64,000 nucleotides of DNA, from positions 28,976-92,975 of the forward strand of contig CALDSN010000098.1 of NCBI GenBank assembly GCA_937924555.1, written 5' to 3'. Under the pieces are notes generated by a model, which saw nothing but the letters and a program-made list of their open reading frames with translations, was not told the origin of the DNA and ran no database searches. Positions within the stretch are counted from its first letter, which is position 1. The number at the start of each line of letters is the position of its first letter. Position numbers and translations under genes: made by a program. Origin of the DNA: an uncultured bacterium. Its GTDB lineage: Bacteria; Cloacimonadota; Cloacimonadia; Cloacimonadales; Cloacimonadaceae. Below are positions 19,603 through 28,863 of this stretch, piece after piece.

Positions 19603-19757
19603 CTTAACCTCTTTGAGAGGCAAATATCTGTCATGGTATCAAATTGTCAAATCCTTTCCCGTTTCTTATCCCGGTTTGTGCCACCACAGGATTAATACGG
19701 GGTATCTGGGGTGCTGTCCCTAATTCCAACATCACTTCACCACCACATATTTCCGAG

Positions 19758-19807
19758 GTGATTCCCTCATCCCACCCGGGAGTCACGAGGGAGTCACCTA
19801 AGAATGA
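19758..19807. repeat. Palindromic repeat family B, copy 1 (GAGGGAGTCAC 11-mers)
   Basis: 39/40 identical to 33049-33088. Confidence 0.88.
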
Positions 19808-19936
19808 TGAGACATTTCTTGCATGAATGTTCGATATACGCAGGATGAAATTAAAAAAGAGGAAAAGAGGATAAGAGAGGGTTAAGCGGTAAACGTTAGA
19901 CGTTAGACGCGCTGCGAACAATTAGCAACCATTCGA

Positions 19937-20498
19937 GTCCCAGCGGGACGGCATTTTAGATAGAAAAGGTGTATGAACTACATATCCTCCCCCCTGAAAG
20001 TCCCATCGGGATGGCAAACTCACCCTCCCATATACCCCTCCAATTAATGATTAATATGCCATCCCGATGGGACATGACATCGATGCCACTTGTGAAGAGG
20101 CTAATAGGATAGCAGGTTAATAATGCAATGTAGGGGGCTTTCCCTGTGTGTTTGCCCAATGAATGCTAATGGAATAAACTATATCCTGCCGTTAAGTTCG
20201 GAGGGCGACATAGCATAGCGACGGGTTCGGAGCATTTGCGCAGCAATGCGCAGACCCTCGTAACGACACCCCATAAAGTGAATAAGCCCCCTGTGGGCGA
20301 CAGATATTAGCCCGGGGTGCAGCGATAGCGTAACCCCGGGTATGGATTGCTGAACCCTTAACAAAATAGATACCCCCCCCCTCCAAGGGCGGATTCTATC
20401 CGCCCTTGGAGGGGGGGGGTAATAAATGATATACATCTAAGCTACTCATATACCTCGGGTTTACACCTCAGGCTAGTATCTTTACGCTCCGTTGGAGC
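19937..20498. repeat. Cluster of REP/BIME-like short hairpins (RAYT-associated style)
   Basis: GTCCC-agc-GGGAC, 17-bp IR 20000-20016/20057-20073, CCCGGGGT...ACCCCGGG, GCTCC-gtt-GGAGC. Confidence 0.6.
20371..20421. repeat. Perfect 24-bp-arm palindrome with C9/G9 ends
   Basis: TA-C9-TCCAAGGGCGGAT-tct-ATCCGCCCTTGGA-G9-TA. Confidence 0.92.
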
Positions 20499-21143
20499 TT
20501 TGCTGTTATGCCCTTTTCTATGCGATTAAATTAAACGCTTCCTCAATAGACCTTGAAATTCGCTGGAGCATTTCTCCACCAAAACCATTCCCCTGCGGTA
20601 GCAACATCGGCGCTATGTATGTTCCTGCCTTTCAAATGGGATAAGCCGGGTCACAAGACACTCCAGATACATGAACTCCCAGCCCTTAAGCAATGCCCAT
20701 AATGATGTGAGGCAATGTGGTTAGTGCTTTTTCCGTTGATAAACATGGCATTGTTATACCATCGCTGAATAACTATACGATGCTTCTACGGATGAGTAGT
20801 AACAAACCGATAATTTTATCCTCATATACAGCTATGAGTTACAGAGATTCTGGGGAACACTTTGGTAAAAATAGAACTAATATACAAAGGAGGAAAGAAA
20901 ATTATGGATATCGTGGCTAATTGGCTAATTAAACTTAGGGCGTCATTAAAATTACATGGTGAATCGAGCAAAAAACAGAGCTTGACTAGGCAGCATAACC
21001 AATAGGGAGGTAATGATGACTTAGATGGATTCACAACTCGCATAGCAATGTGATGGGGGTTTAATTCCCTTAACACAAAGACTTCAAACATAATATTTCT
21101 TTTAATCACTAGGACAAGTAAATAACAACACAAAGGAGAAACA

Positions 21144-23327
21144 ATGAACAAGAGTTTTATGATCATTTTACTGGGTGTTCTAATTACAGTTTTTTCGATA
21201 GCCCAGATTTATGCCTGCGCAATGACTGCAGTAGTATGCCAAGGTGATTATACATTGCAAAGCGGAATGGTTGATTTCGGTGATGGCTCTTCTGGCGGTG
21301 GAGAATCTTATTGGCTTTACAATCAAAGCAGTTCTAACCAAGACGGACATGGAATGGTGTATTATCATAGAGCGGGATATCCAGGGCATAGCAATAAAGT
21401 ACTGCAATGCAATAACCCTATTGATTCTTTCTTCGGTGGAAGTAACAACCACGTTTATAGGCACAGTGGTCAGTTGAGCAATGCTCCTTACTCAAATAAC
21501 TATAATTGTTTTGTAGGTGCAGCAAAACAGAAACAAGCAAAGATATTCATGGGTCATGTAAGGTTAAGAAGTGATGGCCCTTTGGGAGCTTTTGCGCCTT
21601 TTGTATATCGCCATATAGACTATGTTAATGGAGTGCCCGACACTACTGATTATAGTTTTTCCCATCATGGCACAGTGAATAAATGGAGTCTGTATAATAT
21701 ACCCAGTTTTCAGAGTTGGCTGTCTAATTACGATATCCAGAATATACTAGACGGCAGTCCTACTTACTACTCATTAGCCGACAGTGTGAACAACTATGTA
21801 GACTCAGACTACCTCTTTTTGTGGTTAGTTAAATACATAGAAGATAATGCTGGAGATGTGAAACGAGGCTTAGTGGAAGGGTTGACAGCTCTAACGACAA
21901 ATAACATCGACGGGCAGAAAAACATTTTATTCTCTGATGGGACTGGAGTATATGCTTATTCCAACAACATCGATGCGATTCACAAAATGTCATACAAATC
22001 ACTACAATCTATCTATCATTACATAAGAAGCTCTGGTACCGTAGAAAGCGATTGGACTTCTCTGTCAACGCACAATCTATACTATTTCCCGACACAAGGG
22101 CAAATGGAGATTACTTATAATGCTGATAATTGTGTAACTGCGAGCTTTGCCCTGAAACAAGGATTGAACTGGATTGGATTCCCTGTTTTAGAAAGTACTT
22201 ATGGCTTATATCCAGATTACACACTCAGAGACGTCAATCAATATGCAACTACATTACAAACTAAAAACTTGACTCAACTACAACCAGCTTGGATAATTGA
22301 CGGCGATACACATCTGTGGCCTAATGGTGTATCCCTTTCCAGAACAAACGGCTACATTCTCAACATGAGTAGTGCTTCACCCGTATATGAATACTCAACC
22401 TGTGGCCAGAGAACCCCAAATAGCACTGCTTTGAGTTTATACCAAAACAACGAAAACTGGGTCCCATATTTTGTTACATACTCTCAGACACCTGCAAATG
22501 CCTTTGGTAGTAACTACTCACATGTTACTGCAATATATGCTCAAGACTGGTATAGATACAAGTACAAAGGGCAGTGGTACGGCTATATTCAACAAGGTGC
22601 AACAGGTACTATGGACTATGGGAAGATGTATAAAGTATATGTTGATCAAACCATATCAAACTTCACTTGGTCTGCTTCTGCCAGAACACAAAGTTTTGTG
22701 AAAGAGAACACTAGCTACTTTCAGTTTGCAGAACAGCCAGAATACCAAGCAATTGTGATTGAATCCATTCCTGACAGCCCAATCTTTGATGAAATTGGAG
22801 TGCTAAAGGATGGGTTATGTGTTGGTGCTCTTAAGTTTAATGGTTATCCAATCAATCTTCAAGTGTATGACAACTCTTCACCGGATGAGTATGATTACGT
22901 GCTCTATTCAGGTGCTAAGAGTAGCAACTACATGGAAAAGAAGTATTCGTCTACATCAATAGATATTAAAAATTCAGTGATTGATAGCGGTAGGCATCTA
23001 TTCTCTCTTGTAAGCCTATCGGGCAGTCAAGAAAGTGAAACAGCAGTAAGTCCTGCACTATCTGCGAGCATCTACCCCAATCCAATGCATGGTATCACCA
23101 ATATAGAAATCCAAGCTACCGCAAAGAGTGCAGTTGATGTTAGCATTTTCAACCTAAAGGGGCAATTGGTTAAAGAATTGGTTTCTAGCGAGATATCCAA
23201 GGGAAACAACACCTTTATCTGGGATGGGAAAGCTAATGATGGACGACCTGTAGCTAAAGGTATATACTTCTGTAGGATAATATCACCAAACAATCTATTG
23301 ACAAAGAAGCTGATAGTTTTAGATTAA
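21144..23327 (+). CDS. Secreted class II glutamine amidotransferase-like (Ntn hydrolase) with T9SS-type C-terminal domain
   Basis: Signal peptide then Cys25; NQDGHGMVYY, IFMGHVR, FSHHG, DSDYLF, NILFSDG; C-terminal YPNP...WDGK...GIYF. Confidence 0.75.
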   Translation: MNKSFMIILLGVLITVFSIAQIYACAMTAVVCQGDYTLQSGMVDFGDGSSGGGESYWLYNQSSSNQDGHGMVYYHRAGYPGHSNKVLQCNNPIDSFFGGSNNHVYRHSGQLSNAPYSNNYNCFVGAAKQKQAKIFMGHVRLRSDGPLGAFAPFVYRHIDYVNGVPDTTDYSFSHHGTVNKWSLYNIPSFQSWLSNYDIQNILDGSPTYYSLADSVNNYVDSDYLFLWLVKYIEDNAGDVKRGLVEGLTALTTNNIDGQKNILFSDGTGVYAYSNNIDAIHKMSYKSLQSIYHYIRSSGTVESDWTSLSTHNLYYFPTQGQMEITYNADNCVTASFALKQGLNWIGFPVLESTYGLYPDYTLRDVNQYATTLQTKNLTQLQPAWIIDGDTHLWPNGVSLSRTNGYILNMSSASPVYEYSTCGQRTPNSTALSLYQNNENWVPYFVTYSQTPANAFGSNYSHVTAIYAQDWYRYKYKGQWYGYIQQGATGTMDYGKMYKVYVDQTISNFTWSASARTQSFVKENTSYFQFAEQPEYQAIVIESIPDSPIFDEIGVLKDGLCVGALKFNGYPINLQVYDNSSPDEYDYVLYSGAKSSNYMEKKYSSTSIDIKNSVIDSGRHLFSLVSLSGSQESETAVSPALSASIYPNPMHGITNIEIQATAKSAVDVSIFNLKGQLVKELVSSEISKGNNTFIWDGKANDGRPVAKGIYFCRIISPNNLLTKKLIVLD

Positions 23328-23402
23328 GCATAGTCAATGAACTTGTCCATCGGGTGGGGTAGTCTCCACCCGATGGAATGAAAACAATAAGGGGAAATAA
23401 GT

Positions 23403-25760
23403 ATGCTGACAACAAGACTGAATGGCAGTAGACCGACGCAGAATACAAGCATAGTCATATGGGTAATGCTATTCATTGCCATTTCGGTATTGCATATTGG
23501 CAGCATAAGTGCTGAAGTAATCGTTGTGGCATCTGACAACACCGGACAAGCTAACACCATTCAGGCCGGCATTAATCTGGCTGCGGTTGGTGATACGGTG
23601 TTAATCTCCCATGGGATTTGGACTGGTGCCGTTGTGATTGATAATAAACCGATAACAATTGGGAGTTATTTCATAATTGATGGCGATTCCACCCATATCA
23701 GCCAGACCATTATTGACGGTGAGGATACCAGAACCGGTATTATAATTCAAAACTGTAGCGGTGCTGTTGATACCTTAAAAGTGATTGGACTTACAATCAC
23801 GAATTGCCGTAGTAATTGGTATCCTGATACATCTGATTATTCAGTTGGAGGAGGCATAGGTATCCGTTCGTCTGATGCAAAAGTTATCAGATGTAAAATC
23901 TTCCACAATAGGGCTTATTATGGAGGCGGTATTGGGGTATATCAAGCATCTGTTTACCTATATGGTAACGAAATATTTTCAAATAGCGCTATTACATCTG
24001 GTGGAGGACTGAGTGGAAGAGGGTATAGTAATATGTACATATACTTTGATGGGTATGACCTAAACAGCGTATTTGATAACTATGCCTCGCGAGGTTGTGA
24101 CATCAGTTATGCATACAACAACTATCCTACTTCTGTTATCCTCAATAAAGGATCTGTCAGTTCTTTAGACCCATATTTCTATTTTTTGCCGGGTCAAACA
24201 ACAGTAAATGTTCTTCAGCCGATGATTACTCAAATAGACCACGACCTTTGGGTTAGCCCAGATGGTGACAATAACAATAATGGAGAAACACCACTGTCGC
24301 CACTGAGAAATATTTCATATGCCCTAGCAAAGATAAAACCCATAAGTGGTATTACTCGTACTGTTCATGTAATGCCTGGAACATATTCACGGAGTCAAAC
24401 TAATGAGGCTCTTCCCCTTCAACTAAAAAGCGACGTTAACCTATATGGTTCGGATATGGAAAGTGTCATTCTCGATGCAGAGCATTATGGAAGTTTCATA
24501 TGTGGTAAAGACGCTCAATCAAACCTTTTGATAAAGAACCTATCTCTCATAAATGGTTACTCAACAAACGACTATTTGTTTTGGATGGAGGATGTCGCTA
24601 GTGGGCATACGAACAACCTGACTGTAGATAGCATCCACATTAGAGACTCATGGGTGAAGTTTGATGCTTTCAGGATAATGTCTTGTCACAACCTCACGGT
24701 GAACAACCTCATCATTGAAGATTCTCAAGTGGGTAATGGGTTCAACATATATGCTTATGAGACAGGTAACTTCTCAAATTTCAGAGTACAGAGGCTTAGT
24801 TCAACCAATTATGATATGTATAATTCATCCTGTACGGGTGGAGGAATAGGAAAACCATTAAGTGCAGCAACATTGCAGACCACGATTAATATCTCAAACT
24901 TCCTAATTACCGATATTGTTGATACCTCCCAAATCTGGCAGAACATGCCCAGTGGGTTGTCCATTAGTGTGGAAGGTGGCAATTGCGATTTGAATGTTAG
25001 CAATTGCACTATAGCCAATAATAGCTCAGTTACTCAGAGTGGAGGATTGAACATAACGCTTGAGAACTGCAATATCCAAGTGTATAATACTGTTGTATCG
25101 GGTAATACACCATATGAAGTAGCGATGGCTGCTTTCGATGAATCCTCCTTTGCCGATGTTTCATTCAGTAATTGTATGGTTACCGGTGGTAGTGATAGTT
25201 TGTTCCTGCTTTCCGGGGACATCTCTCACACTTGGCTAGAAGGTAATCAATCTGGTGTTCCACTGTTCAGAGGAGGGGATGATATCCACAACCCGCAGTA
25301 TTACAGCCTTTCTGCCTCTTCTCCCTGCATCGATGCGGGAACACCCGACACTACGGGCTTAAGCCTTTTGCCCTATGACCTGGCGGGGAACATGCGCATC
25401 TGGAATAATGTGATAGATATGGGCTGCTTTGAGTTTGGTGCTCCACCTGTGGGAGTTGACGACCCTGTGGTTCCCCAGCCTACCGGGGCTATCTACGCAA
25501 GCAACTACCCCAATCCCTTTAACCCCGAGACCAATATCAGCTTCTTCCTGCCGGAAGCGGGCAACACCGAGCTGTGCATCTATAACCTGAAAGGGCAGGT
25601 AGTGCGCAGATTGATAAGCTCCCCCTTGGGAGCAGGCACGCACCGGGTGCTGTGGGATGGCAAAGATGAAAGCAACAGCCCTGTTGCCAGCGGGATGTAT
25701 CTCTTCCGGGTGCAGTGCGGTAAACATCAGTTCAGCGGCAAGATGGTATTGGCGAAATAG
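23403..25760 (+). CDS. Secreted parallel beta-helix (pectin-lyase-like/DUF1565) protein with T9SS-type C-terminal domain
   Basis: TIQAGIN...GDTVLI, GGGI repeats, WVSPDGDN...ISYAL, SPCIDAG...DMGCFE, NYPNPFNPET. Confidence 0.85.
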   Translation: MLTTRLNGSRPTQNTSIVIWVMLFIAISVLHIGSISAEVIVVASDNTGQANTIQAGINLAAVGDTVLISHGIWTGAVVIDNKPITIGSYFIIDGDSTHISQTIIDGEDTRTGIIIQNCSGAVDTLKVIGLTITNCRSNWYPDTSDYSVGGGIGIRSSDAKVIRCKIFHNRAYYGGGIGVYQASVYLYGNEIFSNSAITSGGGLSGRGYSNMYIYFDGYDLNSVFDNYASRGCDISYAYNNYPTSVILNKGSVSSLDPYFYFLPGQTTVNVLQPMITQIDHDLWVSPDGDNNNNGETPLSPLRNISYALAKIKPISGITRTVHVMPGTYSRSQTNEALPLQLKSDVNLYGSDMESVILDAEHYGSFICGKDAQSNLLIKNLSLINGYSTNDYLFWMEDVASGHTNNLTVDSIHIRDSWVKFDAFRIMSCHNLTVNNLIIEDSQVGNGFNIYAYETGNFSNFRVQRLSSTNYDMYNSSCTGGGIGKPLSAATLQTTINISNFLITDIVDTSQIWQNMPSGLSISVEGGNCDLNVSNCTIANNSSVTQSGGLNITLENCNIQVYNTVVSGNTPYEVAMAAFDESSFADVSFSNCMVTGGSDSLFLLSGDISHTWLEGNQSGVPLFRGGDDIHNPQYYSLSASSPCIDAGTPDTTGLSLLPYDLAGNMRIWNNVIDMGCFEFGAPPVGVDDPVVPQPTGAIYASNYPNPFNPETNISFFLPEAGNTELCIYNLKGQVVRRLISSPLGAGTHRVLWDGKDESNSPVASGMYLFRVQCGKHQFSGKMVLAK

Positions 25761-25887
25761 AGCATTCTTGGGGCAGACACATAGGGGAAGCCCCTACATC
25801 ACATTATTCACCTGTTAACCAGCTAACCCGCTAATTTAATCACAAATCTGTCACCAAACCCCAAATCTGTCACCCGCATGGTAAAGA

Positions 25888-25903
25888 AGGCACGATTTTT
25901 GCA
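25888..25903 (+). promoter_or_regulatory. sigma54 -24/-12 promoter
   Basis: AGGCACGATTTTTGCA, GG-N10-GC; preceded by direct repeat AAATCTGTCACC x2. Confidence 0.6.
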
Positions 25904-25980
25904 AATCCTTTTTGTTGACACAAAGTCCCGTTTGTGTGGGATGGACTAAACTTATGGCAAGCAACAAGTATCGAGGTTTT

Positions 25981-27150
25981 ATGCGCAAGAAATGGAGAAT
26001 AATCATAGGGATTCTTATTCTGCTGGTGATAATCACCGTGGCAGTTAAGAGCTGTGGCAAGAAGAAAGCGGTGGTTGCGCCCAGCAATACTGCAACCGAG
26101 ACCGCAACCGTCACCAAAGGGGAGATTCTCTCCCGCACGGAGATTACAGGCGAGGTTCAGCCTCAAACCATTGTGTCGCTCAAGTCCAAGGTAAGCGGTA
26201 AGATAGTGAAGTTTTACGCTGCGGAGAATGACTATGTGAAATCCGGGCAGATTATCGCCGATATTGAGCCGGATTACAACCAGGCAAACACGCTGTTTAA
26301 CACCAAAGCGCAGTTGCAGCGTGCCGAGATGCAGCTTGCCAATGCACAGAAGGATTTGGCTGATAAAAGCACTCTGCTGGAGAAGAAATACATCTCCCAA
26401 GAGGAGTTTGACAAGGCATCGGACGCTTTGAAGACCGCTAAGATTGAGTTTGCCCAGGCCAGCAGCCAATACGAAATGATTCGCGATCTGGATGTTCCGG
26501 GCAAGGTTACCCATGTGTATGCCACCTCCAGCGGAGTGGTTATCGAGCGTAACATCAACGAAGGTGAGATGGTGCAATCCAGCATCAGCAGCTATGGTGA
26601 AGGCACAGTGGTGATGAAGATTGCCGACTTGAACAACATGATTGTGAAGAGTAACATCAACGAAGTGGATATCGCCAAGTTCAAGATGGGCCAGGAAGCG
26701 GAGATAAATCTGGATGCCCTGCCATATAAGCAGTTCAGCGGCAGGATAATCAAGATTGCCCCCCAAGCAATAACGGTAAACAATGCCAAGGTGTTCCCCG
26801 TGGAAATAAGCATCAATGCGGTGGGGCAGCTTGCCAAACCGGGGATGACGGCGAATGTAACCATCATCGGCGAATCCCGCAAGGATGTGTTGGTTATACC
26901 CATCCGAGCAGTGTTTAGCAACGACAGTAACCAGGATATCGTGTATTTGGTGTCGGACACCAAGGCTGCTCCGGCAGCAAAGAAAACTAAAGCTATGCCC
27001 GTCTCTGCTCCAAGCGGAGTTGCCACTCCCGTTAAGCTGGGGGCAAATGACCTGCAGCAGGTGGAAGTTATTGAAGGACTAAAAGAAAACGATAAGATAT
27101 TGCTTAATGAGCCGGGAACGCAGAAAGCGAATTTCGGCATGATGATGTAA
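25981..27150 (+). CDS. HlyD/MacA-family periplasmic adaptor (membrane fusion protein)
   Basis: N-terminal TM, GEVQP..VSLKSKVSGKI, lipoyl-like halves, coiled-coil hairpin, KPGMTANV. Confidence 0.92.
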   Translation: MRKKWRIIIGILILLVIITVAVKSCGKKKAVVAPSNTATETATVTKGEILSRTEITGEVQPQTIVSLKSKVSGKIVKFYAAENDYVKSGQIIADIEPDYNQANTLFNTKAQLQRAEMQLANAQKDLADKSTLLEKKYISQEEFDKASDALKTAKIEFAQASSQYEMIRDLDVPGKVTHVYATSSGVVIERNINEGEMVQSSISSYGEGTVVMKIADLNNMIVKSNINEVDIAKFKMGQEAEINLDALPYKQFSGRIIKIAPQAITVNNAKVFPVEISINAVGQLAKPGMTANVTIIGESRKDVLVIPIRAVFSNDSNQDIVYLVSDTKAAPAAKKTKAMPVSAPSGVATPVKLGANDLQQVEVIEGLKENDKILLNEPGTQKANFGMMM

Positions 27151-27159
27151 GAGAGGAAC

Positions 27160-28143
27160 ATGATAAGGATACAGAATTTAAGCCGCAACTTCGGGAATCT
27201 GAAGGCGGTGGATAACATCAGCTTCGACATTAAGGACACGGAGATATTGGGCTTTTTGGGACCCAATGGAGCCGGCAAAACAACCACACTGCGGATGCTG
27301 GTTGGATATTTGCAGCCCAGTGGCGGCAGCATAGAGCTGGACGGCAAGAGCATCTTTGCCGATCCCTTGGCAGCCAGCAGTCAAATAGGGTATTTGCCGG
27401 AGCAGAACCCCTTGTATGATGATATGAGTGTGTCGGAGGCTTTGGCGTATTTTGGTGCCTTGCGCAGCATGAGTAAAGCGGTTTTCAAGGCAAGAAAGGA
27501 ATTCGTGGTGGCAAACTGCGGGTTGGCAGAAGTGTTGAACCAGCGCATCGGGACATTATCCAAAGGCTATCGTCAAAGGGTTGGTTTGGCGCAGGCAATA
27601 TTGCACGACCCACGCATCCTTATCCTGGATGAGCCTACCTCCGGACTGGATCCCAACCAGATAATGGAAATCCGCGACCTTATCCGCACCTTGGGCAAAG
27701 AAAAGATGCTTATCCTTTCCAGCCATATTATGCAGGAAGTGCAGGCACTTTGCGACCGAGTGGTGATTATCAACAAAGGCAAGATTATTGTGGACGACCA
27801 AAAGGAAAACCTGGGCAACTATCTGGAGAATAGCGAAGTGCTGCATCTTGAAGTAGAAGGTGAAGGGATAGAGTTTGGCGCATTTGCAGAGCAGTATGCC
27901 GGGCTTGAACTGCAAAGCGAAGCAGTTGATGAAAGGCATTGCATACTGAAGCTGAAACAACCCAAGGGTATGGATTTACGTCAGGATGTATCCCGATATA
28001 TAAACGAAAAAGGATGGCTTATCCTGGAAATGCGGGTGGAAAAACAGAGCTTGGAACAGATATTCCACCGTTTGACGGGGGAAGATAACAGTGTGCATTT
28101 TACAGCACCTCAAACGGATGAGAACATCGAGGAGCAACAATGA
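27160..28143 (+). CDS. ABC-2 transporter ATP-binding subunit (GldA-like)
   Basis: GPNGAGKTT, LSKGYRQRV, LDEPTSGLDPNQI, SSH. Confidence 0.93.
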   Translation: MIRIQNLSRNFGNLKAVDNISFDIKDTEILGFLGPNGAGKTTTLRMLVGYLQPSGGSIELDGKSIFADPLAASSQIGYLPEQNPLYDDMSVSEALAYFGALRSMSKAVFKARKEFVVANCGLAEVLNQRIGTLSKGYRQRVGLAQAILHDPRILILDEPTSGLDPNQIMEIRDLIRTLGKEKMLILSSHIMQEVQALCDRVVIINKGKIIVDDQKENLGNYLENSEVLHLEVEGEGIEFGAFAEQYAGLELQSEAVDERHCILKLKQPKGMDLRQDVSRYINEKGWLILEMRVEKQSLEQIFHRLTGEDNSVHFTAPQTDENIEEQQ

Positions 28144-28862
28144 GAGCAATTTGGATAATAGCTAAAAAAGAATACCAACTTGCCATGCGCTCCATCTCCA
28201 CCTACATTGTGCTTACGCTGTTCTTGGTGGTAAGTGGCTTGTTCTTCTCCAATATCATCTTCAAAGTGGGGCTGGCGGAAATGCGCAGCTTGTTTGAGAT
28301 CATGCATGTGGTATTTGTATTCTACATTCCTGCCATAACCATGGGAAGCATAGCCAGGGAAAGGCAGAGCGGCACACTTGAGCTTCTGTCCACCCTGCCG
28401 ATAAAGCTCTCCTCCATCATCTGGGGGAAAGTGCTTTCCTGCTTGATGCAGCTTAAGACCTTGGTAGCTTTCACGCTGGTGTTTTTGGGGATAATCGCCA
28501 TCTTTGGCGAAGGGATAGACTATGGTGCGGTGGTGTGCGGATATCTGGGCTTGATTCTTGCGGGAACAGCCTATATCAGCATTGGGGTGTTCGCCAGCAG
28601 TTTACCGAGCAACCAGATACTGGCCTTTGTGCTGGCACTGTTGATTTCTGCCTTCTTCTATGTACTGAAGTTCCTCATTGTGCTAATCCCCATGAACCTG
28701 ATGCAGCCCTTGATGTATTTGAGTTTCGACAATCACCTTGCCAGTTTTCTGAAGGGAGTGGTGGATACCAGAGACATCCTGTTCTTCCTTGCCGTGACGG
28801 CAGTCTTTGCCTTGTTGGCGGAGTTTAACCTGCAAAGCAGAAACATGATGCAGGAGCGCTAG
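28140..28862 (+). CDS. ABC-2 permease (GldF-like)
   Basis: IAKKE, ITMGSIARERQSGTLELL, KGVVDTRDILFF. Confidence 0.9.
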   Translation: MRAIWIIAKKEYQLAMRSISTYIVLTLFLVVSGLFFSNIIFKVGLAEMRSLFEIMHVVFVFYIPAITMGSIARERQSGTLELLSTLPIKLSSIIWGKVLSCLMQLKTLVAFTLVFLGIIAIFGEGIDYGAVVCGYLGLILAGTAYISIGVFASSLPSNQILAFVLALLISAFFYVLKFLIVLIPMNLMQPLMYLSFDNHLASFLKGVVDTRDILFFLAVTAVFALLAEFNLQSRNMMQER

Positions 28863-28863
28863 G

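Noticed and set aside
20520-20700. Possible GNAT or transposase remnant on minus strand (QGNGFGGEML)
   Set aside because: Single short motif among stops; insufficient support
14783-21143. oriC or parS near rsmG-parAB
   Set aside because: No TGTTNCACGTGAAACA-type parS and no DnaA-box cluster found by eye; dnaA and gidA are absent from the window
25870-26766. 298-aa minus-strand ORF
   Set aside because: Antisense to a well-supported MFP gene; codon-bias shadow
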